Below are positions 8,825 to 18,572 of a DNA stretch of 64,000 nucleotides, in pieces. This stretch comes from Nitrospirales bacterium. GTDB taxonomy: Bacteria > Nitrospirota > Nitrospiria > Nitrospirales > UBA8639. Under the pieces are notes generated by a model, which saw nothing but the letters and a program-made list of their open reading frames with translations, ran no database searches and was not told the DNA's origin. The stretch's first letter is position 1; the number at the start of each line of letters is the position of its first letter. The position numbers and the translations under genes were made by a program. The stretch is taken from NCBI GenBank assembly GCA_007570995.1, contig RKSG01000145.1, positions 15,181 to 79,180 on the forward strand, given 5' to 3'.

Positions 8825-10218
8825 GCATTTTTCGCGAATATGACGTTCGTGGGGTCGTCGGAAAAGATTTGACGGTGGCTGTGGCCGAATCCATTGGCCG
8901 TGCTTACGGCACAGTGGCTCGCCAGCGCGGATGCCGGACGGTGGCTGTGGGACGTGACGGGCGTCTGACGTCCCCAGAGCTTCGGGATCACCTGGTCGCC
9001 GGTATGACGGCCACGGGGATCAACGTCGTGGATATTGGAATCTGCCCTACGCCCGTCTTGTATTTTGCGTTGTTTGAATTGCCTGTCGACGGTGGTGTGA
9101 TGGTGACCGGGAGCCATAATGCAGCCGAGTACAATGGCTTCAAAATGTGTGTGGGGAAGTCGGCGTTCTACGGCAGGGAGATTCAGGAACTCAAACAGAT
9201 GATCGACACCGGTGCGTATGTGTCCGGGGCGGGAACGGTCTCCGAGATGTCGGTGATTCCACACTATTTGCGCGATCTGAAGGAAAAATTTGCCGGAGTG
9301 GACGCCAGGGCCTTGCACGTGGTCATTGATTGCGGAAACGGGGCGGCAGGTCTGGTGGCGAAAGATGCTCTGGAGCAGTTAGGCTGTCGAGTCACGGTGT
9401 TATATGGTGACCTTGATGGCCGGTTCCCCAACCATCATCCCGATCCGACGGTGGTGGACAATCTTCAGGATCTCATCCGTGCGGTGAACGCGACTCAGGC
9501 TGATGTTGGCATTGCGTATGATGGTGATGCCGACCGTATTGGTGCAGTTGATGAACGAGGCACGATTGTCTGGGGCGATCGCCTGATGTTGATTTTTGCG
9601 CGGGACATCCTGCGGCACCGGCCCGGCAGCACGTTCATTTCCGAGGTCAAAGCCACCCACCTGCTTTACCAGGATATTCAGGCACGGGGGGGGCATATCA
9701 TCATGTGGAAGACGGGCCATTCTGTCCTGAAGGAAAAAATGAAGGAAACCAAGGCTGTCCTGGCGGGTGAGCTGTCCGGACACATCTTTTTTGCCGATCG
9801 GTATTTTGGGTATGACGACGCTGTCTATGCGTCGTGCCGGTTGCTGGAAATGCTGTCAAACGTGTCTGCCCCGCTGTCCTCGTTTCTGGCTGATTTGCCG
9901 CCGACACATGCCACGCCGGAAATTCGCGTTGACTGTGCCGACGATGTGAAATTCCGGGTCGTCGAAGCGATGCGAACGCGCATTCTTGAGTTGGAGAAGC
10001 AGCCGAACGCCATGCCCGCCGACCTTGCCGTCCGTGATGTCGTCACGATTGATGGCATACGCATTCAGTTTGACGATGGCTGGGGACTCATTCGCGCGTC
10101 CAATACGCAACCCGCGCTGGTCCTTCGCTTTGAGGCCACGTCGCCCGAACGGTTGCAGGTTCTTCGTACCTGGGTGGAAGGGGAACTGGCATCCTGCCTC
10201 CAGGCCCTGGCGTCATAA
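8821..10218 (+). CDS. manB: phosphomannomutase/phosphoglucomutase
   Basis: Active-site serine loop TGSHNAAEYNGFK, metal loop DGDADR and sugar loop GELSGH. The start overlaps the manC stop (ATGA at 8821). Confidence 0.9.
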   Translation: MSIFREYDVRGVVGKDLTVAVAESIGRAYGTVARQRGCRTVAVGRDGRLTSPELRDHLVAGMTATGINVVDIGICPTPVLYFALFELPVDGGVMVTGSHNAAEYNGFKMCVGKSAFYGREIQELKQMIDTGAYVSGAGTVSEMSVIPHYLRDLKEKFAGVDARALHVVIDCGNGAAGLVAKDALEQLGCRVTVLYGDLDGRFPNHHPDPTVVDNLQDLIRAVNATQADVGIAYDGDADRIGAVDERGTIVWGDRLMLIFARDILRHRPGSTFISEVKATHLLYQDIQARGGHIIMWKTGHSVLKEKMKETKAVLAGELSGHIFFADRYFGYDDAVYASCRLLEMLSNVSAPLSSFLADLPPTHATPEIRVDCADDVKFRVVEAMRTRILELEKQPNAMPADLAVRDVVTIDGIRIQFDDGWGLIRASNTQPALVLRFEATSPERLQVLRTWVEGELASCLQALAS

Positions 10219-10362
10219 CGGTTGCCTCTCTGGTCTTTCCGTCATGCCCGTCGAGGGTCTGTCCGCCGCTGCACTCCCGGTTCATGCACTGTCAACACGT
10301 TGCACGATTGCCAGCACACAGGGCGTTGTGTTTGGGGTGATGGTGTCGTGTACAATCCACGT

Positions 10363-11127
10363 ATGTGGTCCGCTCGAGAAGCACCATTCAACAGTGGCGC
10401 GCTGGTCTGCGGGATGCTCGGGGTCCTCCTCGCTGTCCTGGTCCTGCCAGCTGCAGGACTTGCTGTCCCGGTTGACGAACATCACCGCTACGCCATTTCC
10501 CTGTGGGGTATTCCAGCTGGCGAAGCGACGATAAACGTTGAGGAAGTGGTGTCGGATGATGACCGGTCGTTGCGACGTCTGGTGACGACGGCGCGATCCA
10601 ATGATTTTATTTCGATCTTCTTTCCCGTGGAAAATTATGCAGAGTCGATCATTGATGCCCACACCCTGCTCCCTCAACAGCTGATTTTTCAGCGCAGGGA
10701 GGGCAGTCGCCATGAAGACTTTGACATTCGGTTTGATCACATTGTCAATCAGGTGACGTTGCAGAAGAATGGCCAGCCTTCGGTCCATTCTATTGTGCCC
10801 GGCACACATGATATTTTATCGTGTTTGTATTTCCTGCGAACGATGCCCACGCTGGAGCCGGGATCGTCGGTACCGTTGAATATTTACCATGATCGGAAAA
10901 ACTACCAGGTGGAAGTCCATGTGGAAGCCGTCGAACCGGTGGATGGTTCCTGGGGGACAGTTGAAGCGATTCGGTTGCTGGCTGTGATGCCGTTTCGTGG
11001 GATTTTTTTGAATGAAGGCAACATTCGATTCTGGCTGACGAACACGGAAGAACGGATTCCCGTGATGATGGAAGCCCGTGTGATTGTCGGATCGGTCAGA
11101 GCCACGCTCGAAGGATGGGCACCGTGA
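10363..11127 (+). CDS. DUF3108 domain-containing protein (secreted)
   Basis: ATG at 10363 gives the signal-like N-terminus MWSAREAPFNSGALVCGMLGVLLAVLVLPAAG. The beta-rich body has the DUF3108-like ending ...IRFWLTNTEERIPVMMEARVIVGSVRATL. Confidence 0.7.
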   Translation: MWSAREAPFNSGALVCGMLGVLLAVLVLPAAGLAVPVDEHHRYAISLWGIPAGEATINVEEVVSDDDRSLRRLVTTARSNDFISIFFPVENYAESIIDAHTLLPQQLIFQRREGSRHEDFDIRFDHIVNQVTLQKNGQPSVHSIVPGTHDILSCLYFLRTMPTLEPGSSVPLNIYHDRKNYQVEVHVEAVEPVDGSWGTVEAIRLLAVMPFRGIFLNEGNIRFWLTNTEERIPVMMEARVIVGSVRATLEGWAP

Positions 11128-11140
11128 TACGGAGTCATGC

Positions 11141-11168
11141 TCGACTTTTTGGGCCAATGGCCTATAAT
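11141..11168 (+). promoter_or_regulatory. candidate sigma70-type promoter for fbp
   Basis: TCGACT (11141-11146), a 16-nt spacer, then a perfect TATAAT (11163-11168), about 40 nt upstream of the fbp ATG. Confidence 0.35.
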
Positions 11169-11209
11169 GCAGTCCACTCTGCGTGGAGAACGTGGAGTCA
11201 CTTCTCCCC

Positions 11210-12187
11210 ATGATTTCCCTCACTCGACACATTCTTGATCGACAACAGAGCCATCCTGATCACACAGGGGCATTGTCCGCGATGATGACCCACATTGCCC
11301 TGTGCGGGAAACTGATTGCCCGGGACTTGAATCAGGCAGGGCTGTCCGGCCTGCTCGGGACGACAGGGACGACTAATGTCCATGGCGAGCAGGTCCGCAC
11401 ACTGGATGAACGTGCTAATCGGACCTTTGTGGATGTGTTTGAGGAAAGCGACGTGGTGCGGGTTGTCGTCTCCGAAGAAATGGAAGAGCCGTTCGCCATC
11501 AAACGGGCACAGGGATCGGGCACCTATGCGTTGTTCCTGGATCCGCTGGACGGTTCCTCCAACGTTGATGTCAATGCACCGCTGGGTTCGATTTTTTCCA
11601 TCCATCGCGTGGGTGCCTCCGGCAGCATCCTGAAGGCGGGGCGGGAACAGGTGGTCGGGGGATATGTGTTGTACGGAGCCAGCACCCTGCTTGTGTACAC
11701 ATGCGGGGATGGGGTGCATCAGTTTACGCTTGATTCGGCCGTCGGGGAATTTTTCCTGTCCGGTTCAGGGATCCACATTCCGCCACGAGGGAAGATCTGC
11801 AGTGTGAATACGGGCAATCAGTCGAAATGGCCTGGCGCTATGCGAAAAGTGGTCGAGCATTTCCAGATGGGCGGTGATGAAACAGGGCCTTCCCGTACCG
11901 CCAGGTATTCGGGATGTCTTGTGGCCGATGTGCATCGGATTCTTTGGAAGGGAGGCCTCTATCTGTATCCGGGCGAAGTGAAGAAGCCCGCGGGCAAATT
12001 GCGTTTGATGTACGAAGCCGCTCCCTTGAGTTTCGTCGTTGAACAGGCCGGAGGGCTTGGCAGTACGGGGGAGGAACGGATTTTGTCTCTTCAGCCCAGG
12101 ATGCCCCATCAATGTGTGCCATTGATTATCGGCAGTCGCGAAGACGTGGAATTTGTTGAACAGTGTTTGCAGGGCGGCTCCCGGTAG
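11210..12187 (+). CDS. fbp: fructose-1,6-bisphosphatase class 1
   Basis: The N-terminus MISLTRHILDRQQ...TGALSAMMTHIALCGKLIARDLNQAGL lines up with E. coli Fbp. Also present are the metal/AMP motifs DPLDGSSN, and GKLRLMYEAAPLSFVVEQAGG. Confidence 0.9.
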   Translation: MISLTRHILDRQQSHPDHTGALSAMMTHIALCGKLIARDLNQAGLSGLLGTTGTTNVHGEQVRTLDERANRTFVDVFEESDVVRVVVSEEMEEPFAIKRAQGSGTYALFLDPLDGSSNVDVNAPLGSIFSIHRVGASGSILKAGREQVVGGYVLYGASTLLVYTCGDGVHQFTLDSAVGEFFLSGSGIHIPPRGKICSVNTGNQSKWPGAMRKVVEHFQMGGDETGPSRTARYSGCLVADVHRILWKGGLYLYPGEVKKPAGKLRLMYEAAPLSFVVEQAGGLGSTGEERILSLQPRMPHQCVPLIIGSREDVEFVEQCLQGGSR

Positions 12188-12204
12188 CTGTTCAAGCGGC
12201 AACG

Positions 12205-12590
12205 ATCCGGAAGGGCATTCCGGTGGGCGAGACCGGTGCAACCCCGAGGGTGAAACTCAGTTTACTCTGCAGGAGCTGCAATCTATTGCCGATTCGGCCG
12301 ATTCGTTTATCTGAATGCGGGGGCGGCGAGGGCTGGATATTCTTTACCGTATTCAAAAGAATCGTGACGTCGAAGTGCAGAGTGTCGGGGATGATTTTCC
12401 CCATATGATAGAAGAGGATTCCAGGCTGGTGGAACTGGGCAGGAAATTGAACGCCGGAATTTTGACCAGTGATCTGGGCCTGAATAACGTTGCGGTGTTG
12501 CAGGGCTACGGGTGCTGAACATCAATGGCAAGATGATTTTTACCCGTCTTCAAGAACCAGCCGATCAGGGTGCGTTGAGTTTCGCTCATG
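12205..12590 (+). pseudogene. degraded PIN/TRAM (YacL-like) gene remnant
   Basis: One frame reads FTLQELQSIADSADSFI*MRGRRGLDILYRIQKN...DSRLVELGRKLNAGILTSDLGLNNVAVLQGYG. This matches the YacL-type PIN core (..LEELQ.IADS.D..KR.RGRRGLDIL...LV.LA..L...ILTND.NLN.VA.LQGV.VLNIN). There is an in-frame TGA, the LNIN continuation is shifted to another frame, the N-terminal half is missing (fbp ends at 12187), and there is no TRAM domain. Confidence 0.6.
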
Positions 12591-13298
12591 GATGAGCTGG
12601 TGGTGGCGGTCGTGCCGGCCGGAGGACGTGGGGCCAGGATGGGGCACGAGGTCCCCAAACAATTTCTTCAATTGGGTGACGTTCCGCTTCTTGTGCATGC
12701 CCTTCGGGTGCTTGAGTCCAGTCCAATCATTCATGCGATCGTGATGGTGGTTCCTGAAAACGACGTGTCCTATTGCCGGCACAAGCTCGTGCCGCAATTC
12801 GCCTTGTCCAAAATCCATCATGTGGTGAGCGGCGGAGCCAGCAGGCAGGATTCGGTATGGAACGGCCTGCAAGTGGTTGATGCCTGCGCCGGGATTGTGG
12901 TGATCCATGATGCCGTGCGGCCGTTTGTGACGGGGACGATGGTGCGGGATGTGGTTGATCGTGCACGAACCCATGGAGCAGCTGTGGTCGCTGTGCCCAT
13001 CCGCGATACCGTGAAACGGGTCACCCGGGACGGGGTGATTGAAACCACGCTTGACCGGCAATCCCTCTGGGTGGCACAGACCCCCCAGGCATTCAAAACC
13101 GGCTTGTTGCGGGATGCACACCGGTTGAGCCGGCAACGTGGCGTGGCGGCGACGGATGATGCCTTTCTGGTCGAGCAGCTGGGGCATGAGGTTTCCATCG
13201 TGAACGGCAGTACGGACAACGTGAAAATAACCTGTCCGGAAGACCTGGCGGTGGGCGAAGCGATGCTGTCCGCCAGATTGCATGGGCCGTCTTCCTGA
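12588..13298 (+). CDS. ispD: 2-C-methyl-D-erythritol 4-phosphate cytidylyltransferase
   Basis: VVPAGGRGARMG..PKQFL P-loop-like motif, and VVIHDAVRPFV. Confidence 0.92.
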   Translation: MDELVVAVVPAGGRGARMGHEVPKQFLQLGDVPLLVHALRVLESSPIIHAIVMVVPENDVSYCRHKLVPQFALSKIHHVVSGGASRQDSVWNGLQVVDACAGIVVIHDAVRPFVTGTMVRDVVDRARTHGAAVVAVPIRDTVKRVTRDGVIETTLDRQSLWVAQTPQAFKTGLLRDAHRLSRQRGVAATDDAFLVEQLGHEVSIVNGSTDNVKITCPEDLAVGEAMLSARLHGPSS

Positions 13299-13470
13299 AT
13301 CATGGCAGGGATTGCCGATGGTCATACACACCGCGTTGTTCCTGCGAGCAGCGTGGGTGTCGTGCAGGATGTCATTCCCGTTATTTTTTCGCTTTCCCCC
13401 GATTGGTTCTTTCCTGTATCTTCACCCGGATGGCCGTGATGTGAACGTGGGGCGAGTGTGAGGGCAGCGT

Positions 13471-13938
13471 ATGCGCGTTGGGATCGGGTACGACATTCAT
13501 CCATTCAAAGAGGGAAGACCGCTGGTGCTGGGCGGGGTCCGCATTCCCCATACCCATGGGTTGGATGGCCATTCCGACGCGGATGTGCTGACCCATGCCG
13601 TGTGTGACGCCTTGTTGAGCGCCATGGGGGAAGGGGATGTGGGCCGGTATTATCCCAGCAGCGACCCCGCTTGTGCCAATATGGACAGTCTGGAGATGCT
13701 GAAGGATGTCCGGGCCAGACTGGCGGAACGCGGGTTTGGTCTTGTGAATCTGGGCACGGTGATTGTGGCGCAGGCTCCTCGATTGGGTCATGTGGTGGCG
13801 GCGATGAGTCAGCGGCTGGCCGGTGTGTTGCAGGTTGAGGCGTCACTGATTAATGTCACGGTCAAAAGCCATGATCGGATCGGAGCGCTGGGAAGGGAAG
13901 AGGGAATCGCGGCCCAGGCGGTCTGTCTTATTGCGTAG
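13471..13938 (+). CDS. ispF: 2-C-methyl-D-erythritol 2,4-cyclodiphosphate synthase
   Basis: MRVGIGYDIHPF....PLVLGGV.IPH..GL.GHSDADVL.HA..DALL is the canonical IspF signature. Confidence 0.95.
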   Translation: MRVGIGYDIHPFKEGRPLVLGGVRIPHTHGLDGHSDADVLTHAVCDALLSAMGEGDVGRYYPSSDPACANMDSLEMLKDVRARLAERGFGLVNLGTVIVAQAPRLGHVVAAMSQRLAGVLQVEASLINVTVKSHDRIGALGREEGIAAQAVCLIA

Positions 13939-13987
13939 AGACAACAGGGCGAGCGTGTGCGATTGTGGGCTTGCATGAGATGCCGCG

Positions 13988-14638
13988 ATGTTGAACGTGA
14001 TTCGACAGGATCTCCGCGCGGTCTTTGAGCGGGACCCTGCCGCCAGAACCACGCTGGAGGTCTTCTTGACCTGTGCGGGGTTCCAGGCATTGCTGGCCCA
14101 TCGGTTGGCTCACCGATTGTGGAAGGTGCGGGTTCGATTATTCGCTCGGGTCATCGCACAGGTGGCCCGTTGGGTGACAGGTGTGGAAATTCATCCCGGT
14201 GCAACCATTGGGCGTGGATTTTTCATTGACCACGGCATGGGCGTGGTGATTGGAGAAACGTCGGAAATCGGTGATTCGGTCACCTTATTTCAAGGTGTGA
14301 CGCTCGGGGGCACGGGGAAAGAGAAAGGGAAACGACATCCCACGCTGGGCAATCATGTGGTGGTGGGTTCCGGAGCGAAAGTTCTGGGCAATATCCGGAT
14401 TGGGGACTTTGTGAAAATTGGAGCCAATTCGGTGGTCTTGCGTTCAGTTCCTTCCAATGCCACGGTCATTGGTATTCCGGGCCGCATCATCAAATCCGTG
14501 GGCGTTCGCGTGCCCGAAGAGGTCATGGATCATGCGAATGTGCCTGACCCGATCATGGAGCGTCTGGAGGCCATGGAACGGACCATGATTGATCTGCGAA
14601 AAAAACTGGAAAATGCGGAAAGCGGCCCGCAACCGTAG
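13988..14638 (+). CDS. cysE: serine O-acetyltransferase
   Basis: SATase N-terminal helical domain ([12 protein letters not shown]....[22 protein letters not shown]) followed by hexapeptide repeats ([21 protein letters not shown]). Confidence 0.9.
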   Translation: MLNVIRQDLRAVFERDPAARTTLEVFLTCAGFQALLAHRLAHRLWKVRVRLFARVIAQVARWVTGVEIHPGATIGRGFFIDHGMGVVIGETSEIGDSVTLFQGVTLGGTGKEKGKRHPTLGNHVVVGSGAKVLGNIRIGDFVKIGANSVVLRSVPSNATVIGIPGRIIKSVGVRVPEEVMDHANVPDPIMERLEAMERTMIDLRKKLENAESGPQP

Positions 14639-14695
14639 AGTCCAGCACGCACAGGGCCTCACGGCCTTGCTGCATCCATACAGGAGGAATGGCTT

Positions 14696-15637
14696 GTGAA
14701 AGAAGGTCTCCGTCTCACCGAGCGCGTGCGGGAAATCCTCGATTGTTATCGTGGTGATGTGCCGGGCACCCGGGCGAACCTGGCCAGGCTGTTGATGAGT
14801 GGTCGCCTGGCAGGGACCGGCAGGCTCCTGATCCTGCCGGTGGATCAGGGGTTTGAGCACGGGCCAGCCCGCAGTTTTGCAGTCAATCCGTCGGGCTATG
14901 ATCCGCGCTACCATTGCGAACTGGCCATTGATGCCGGATGTAACGCCTATGCGGCTCCGTTGGGGTTGCTGGAGGCCGGCGCGGCAGATGCTGCAGGGCA
15001 AATCCCGTTGATTCTCAAACTGAATAACAGCGATTCGCTCCAGGGCAGTGATGATTATAACCAGGCCGTTACCGGCAGTGTGCGTGATGCGCTTCGTTTG
15101 GGCTGTTGCGCGGTTGGGTACACCATTTACCCGGGGTCGGCGTACAGCCAGAACATGTATGAGCGTTTGCGGGAAATTGCGTTGGAAGCGAAGTCAGTCG
15201 GGCTGGCCGTGGTGGTCTGGTCCTATCCGCGCGGTGGACGGTTGACTAAGGCGGGAGAAACGGCGATTGACGTGGTGTGCTACGCGGCACAGATTGCAGC
15301 CCAGCTTGGGGCGCATGTGATTAAAGTCAAAGTACCCACAGATCATATTGAGCAGGCAGAAGCGAAAAAAGTCTACGCCGCCGAGCACATTCCGATCAGT
15401 ACGCTTGCCGACCGCATCCGTCATGTGATCCAGAGCGCGTTTCACGGGAGACGGATCGTGATCTTTTCCGGTGGTGCGAAGGGCGAAGACAAGACGATAT
15501 TTGATGAAGTGCGGGCGATTCGTGATGGGGGTGGATTTGGCTCTATCATCGGCCGGAATTCTTTTCAACGCCCGAAGCCCGACGCTCTGACGTTTCTGGA
15601 GACCTGTATGAAAATTTACGCAGGGCAGATTCCATAG
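14696..15637 (+). CDS. fbaB: class I fructose-bisphosphate aldolase (DhnA/FbaB type)
   Basis: GTG start 7 nt after CAGGAGGA. The LILPVDQGFEHGP motif is typical of DhnA-type aldolases. The Schiff-base lysine context is HVIKVKVP. Confidence 0.75.
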   Translation: MKEGLRLTERVREILDCYRGDVPGTRANLARLLMSGRLAGTGRLLILPVDQGFEHGPARSFAVNPSGYDPRYHCELAIDAGCNAYAAPLGLLEAGAADAAGQIPLILKLNNSDSLQGSDDYNQAVTGSVRDALRLGCCAVGYTIYPGSAYSQNMYERLREIALEAKSVGLAVVVWSYPRGGRLTKAGETAIDVVCYAAQIAAQLGAHVIKVKVPTDHIEQAEAKKVYAAEHIPISTLADRIRHVIQSAFHGRRIVIFSGGAKGEDKTIFDEVRAIRDGGGFGSIIGRNSFQRPKPDALTFLETCMKIYAGQIP

Positions 15638-15774
15638 CATCTGACGTGTCCCAGCTCCTGTGCCGTGCCCGTTTTGCGCGGGCTTCGGCAAGGGCATTGA
15701 CTCCTTCCTCCTGGCGTATCCTCCCTCCCGACCGTTGTGGCGTATTCCCGTGTGCTCGCAGCACTGGTGTGACC

Positions 15775-16551
15775 TTATGGACTGTCACTGTTGTCTTTTT
15801 GCCGGGTGTGTTCCTGATGGTACAGGACGTGACGCAGGTACAGGCCCTGTGGCGGTGCCGTTGGCCCGGCTGTCCGGCGGTCCCTGGCCTCCAGAACGGT
15901 GATCAGGTCATCGGGCGTGCGTTTATGGTGTCCGATTTCCACCAGCGTTCCGAGTAACGCCCGAACCATTTGTTTCAAAAACCTGTCAGCCTGAATCGTG
16001 ACACGAATCAACGGGCCTTCCTGAATATAGTGCACCAGTTGAATGGTGCACACGGGATTGCGCACGTCAGTCGGCGACCCTTGAAAGGAGGTGCAATCAT
16101 GCTGCCCCAGCAGATGGCACGAGGCCTGGCGCATGCGATCCACATCGAGGGGGTGGGCAATCTGCCACACCCGAAGACGATCCAACGCCGGGCGGGTTGT
16201 CTGATTGAGAATGCGGTACTCATAGATTTTCGCGTACGCGTCGTACCGCGCATGGAATGCATCGTCGACGGTTTCGGTGTGGAGAATCCCAATGTCTTTT
16301 GGAAGGATGCCGTTGAGGGCGCGAGTCCATTCGAAGGATGACAACGATTTTTCCGAACGAAAGCTGACAACTTGCCCTGTGGCGTGCACGCCCGCATCCG
16401 TTCGACCGGCTGCTACAGCCGAGATCGGGTGCCGGGTGATCCGGGCAAGCGCGTCTTCAATGGCTGCCTGAATCGTCGGCTGGCCGGGTTGCCGTTGCCA
16501 TCCGGCATAGGCCGTGCCGTCATATTCCACCCGTAATTTGTACGTGGTCAT
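15775..16551 (-). CDS. truA: tRNA pseudouridine(38-40) synthase
   Basis: Starts with MTTYKLRVEYDGTAYAGWQRQPG. The catalytic Asp context is AAGRTDAGVHATGQV. I trimmed the upstream 50 codons of the ORF. Confidence 0.9.
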   Translation of the reverse strand: MTTYKLRVEYDGTAYAGWQRQPGQPTIQAAIEDALARITRHPISAVAAGRTDAGVHATGQVVSFRSEKSLSSFEWTRALNGILPKDIGILHTETVDDAFHARYDAYAKIYEYRILNQTTRPALDRLRVWQIAHPLDVDRMRQASCHLLGQHDCTSFQGSPTDVRNPVCTIQLVHYIQEGPLIRVTIQADRFLKQMVRALLGTLVEIGHHKRTPDDLITVLEARDRRTAGPTAPPQGLYLRHVLYHQEHTRQKDNSDSP

Positions 16552-16697
16552 TGAGCTGTACGGGGAGGCGGGCAGGGGATCGAGCCCGTTCTCTTCAGCC
16601 TGGTGCCTCGACGGGGGGCGTCTCGGAACCCCGGCAGGCACCATGACGGGCGGGGAGGCGCGGTGTGTCCTGTTCCCTACCACGTTGGGCCTGGTTA

Positions 16698-17894
16698 TCA
16701 CTTATCTTCGATTTTGCCACGCAGGAGGCATGAAGGGGTCGATGATTGTTTCGACGTCTGTGTGCATTGCTTGATGCCTTGATAGATGCCTTCCGCCAGT
16801 TTTCTTTGATAGGTCTTGTTCCGCAATCGTTTTTCTTCCGTGGGATTGGAGATGAAGCCGATCTCGGCCAGAATGCCAGGCATGGTCCCGCTCAGAACAT
16901 GAAACGGAGCCGTTTTTACTCCATGATCCTTGATAGGGTAACCCTTCTGTAGTACGGAGATAAGCTTTCCATTAGTGGTCCACGCGAAATTGCGAGACGC
17001 CTCGATCTTTTTCTCATGCCATTTGTCGGCGATGAACTGCCCGCGCGGGTCGCCTTTTTCGAACTGTCGCAATTTGCCATTTTCCCGAGCGGCCACGTCC
17101 CACGCGCGGGGATCACTGGCTTTTCCAAAATGGTAAATTTCCACGCCCTGTATGGAGCGCCTGGTATGCGAGTTCGCATGAATGGAAAGAAAGAGATCCG
17201 CTTCTTTTTTTTCGGCAAACTCCACGCGCTTTTTCAGTTCGAGAAACACATCAGTTGATCGGGTCAGGAAGACCTTGGCCTTGAGCCGTGTTTGAACCAG
17301 ATCGCGTACAATTTTCGCAATCTGCAGGACAATGGTTTTTTCCTGGGTACCGCCTTTCCCGATGGCTCCGGGGTCCTTTCCACCATGTCCGGGGTCAATG
17401 ATCAGCCGAAACGGTGGAGACGGCGGGGGACGAAACAGGTCCACGACGACTCGATGGGGGTTCTTGTAGATATGGAATGTGTACTTCGAGATGTCTTCCA
17501 GGTGCAGCGTCATGTTGACGGTGTGTGATGGTCCCTGGGATATGGTCACGGCCCGCGGAAATGTTTTGCGCTTGATGGCCTGTTGCGCGCGCGAACTCAA
17601 CGTGCTGTTGGCCAGGGTAATCACTGCCCGGGTCTGGTTTCTGGTTTGTCTGACGGTGACTTTTCCGGTCATGTCCAGGACTACGCGAGTGTGTGTGGGA
17701 TGCTCACCCGAACGGACATTCTTGACTGTCAGAACAGGCGGGGAGACCGTTTTTGCGAGGTGCACTGGAGGGAAGGACGATATCGGGTCGATGAAAAGGT
17801 GATCGGAGGGCTGTTTGGAGAAGGCCACCGGAATACACGCGAGCACCGCCGCGCCACAGACGAGAATGGAGAAGAGATGAGAGGCGATTTTCAT
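16698..17894 (-). CDS. amiC: N-acetylmuramoyl-L-alanine amidase (AMIN + Amidase_3 domains, AmiC-like)
   Basis: Signal peptide MKIASHLFSILVCGAAVLACIPVAFS from the ATG at 17894. An AMIN-like segment (VRSGEHPTHTRVVLDM) is followed by the amidase core IIDPGHGGKDPGA...SIHANS. Confidence 0.85.
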   Translation of the reverse strand: MKIASHLFSILVCGAAVLACIPVAFSKQPSDHLFIDPISSFPPVHLAKTVSPPVLTVKNVRSGEHPTHTRVVLDMTGKVTVRQTRNQTRAVITLANSTLSSRAQQAIKRKTFPRAVTISQGPSHTVNMTLHLEDISKYTFHIYKNPHRVVVDLFRPPPSPPFRLIIDPGHGGKDPGAIGKGGTQEKTIVLQIAKIVRDLVQTRLKAKVFLTRSTDVFLELKKRVEFAEKKEADLFLSIHANSHTRRSIQGVEIYHFGKASDPRAWDVAARENGKLRQFEKGDPRGQFIADKWHEKKIEASRNFAWTTNGKLISVLQKGYPIKDHGVKTAPFHVLSGTMPGILAEIGFISNPTEEKRLRNKTYQRKLAEGIYQGIKQCTQTSKQSSTPSCLLRGKIEDK

Positions 17895-18020
17895 GAGAGA
17901 CAGTCTGCAAAGAATGACGCGAAGCGCCCCGACATTGACAGAGTAACAAACTTTACCTGGTCTGTCATTGACGGTCTGCCCCCCTGTTGGATAGCGTGAC
18001 GGGAATTGCGGGGGAGCAAC

Positions 18021-18572
18021 ATGCCGGTGCACGTCATCGTTGATGGATATAACCTCTCACTGGTTTGCAATCGAGGTCTGCGGGCACAGGGGCCTGGCTG
18101 GAGGGAGATGCGGGAATCCCTCGTCCGTCAGCTTTCCGCGTACAGTCAGAGCAAGGGGCACCCCGTGACCGTGGTGTTTGACGCGTGGCGACAGCCTGGC
18201 GATTTTGAGCAACGGGAACATCGGGCAGGAGTGGAGCTGGTCTTTACGAGGGAGGGCGAACGGGCCGATCAGGTGATTCAGCGCCTGGCCAGACAGTATG
18301 GCAGGGACTGTGCCGTAGTGTCATCGGATCTGGAAATCATCCAGACCGCCGAGGCCCACGGAGCCCTGGTGATGCGGTCTCGTGAATTTCAGGACAAACT
18401 CCGTATGGCCGCAACGGGAGACCAAGGCGCATGGAAGGGGAGTGAGCCTGCAGAGCACGGCACCGGGAACAGCGAAGACGAGATCCCTCCGAGACGTCCT
18501 GACAAAAAAGGCAATCCACGCAAGTTGCCCAAAGCTGTCCGGATCCGGAATCGTCGGCTCAAGGGATTTTGA
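18021..18572 (+). CDS. NYN-domain (YacP-like) predicted RNase
   Basis: MPVHVIVDGYNL N-terminus and the ..VVFDA.. and VVSSD.. acidic motifs of the YacP/NYN fold. It has a basic C-terminal tail. Confidence 0.7.
   Translation: MPVHVIVDGYNLSLVCNRGLRAQGPGWREMRESLVRQLSAYSQSKGHPVTVVFDAWRQPGDFEQREHRAGVELVFTREGERADQVIQRLARQYGRDCAVVSSDLEIIQTAEAHGALVMRSREFQDKLRMAATGDQGAWKGSEPAEHGTGNSEDEIPPRRPDKKGNPRKLPKAVRIRNRRLKGF

Noticed and set aside
12540-13331. 263-aa minus-strand ORF covering ispD
   Set aside because: It is antisense to ispD, whose P-loop and catalytic motifs are clear on the plus strand.
13299-13470. 172-nt spacer between ispD and ispF as a regulatory RNA
   Set aside because: I could find no convincing hairpin/terminator or conserved motif. 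It probably just carries an internal promoter.
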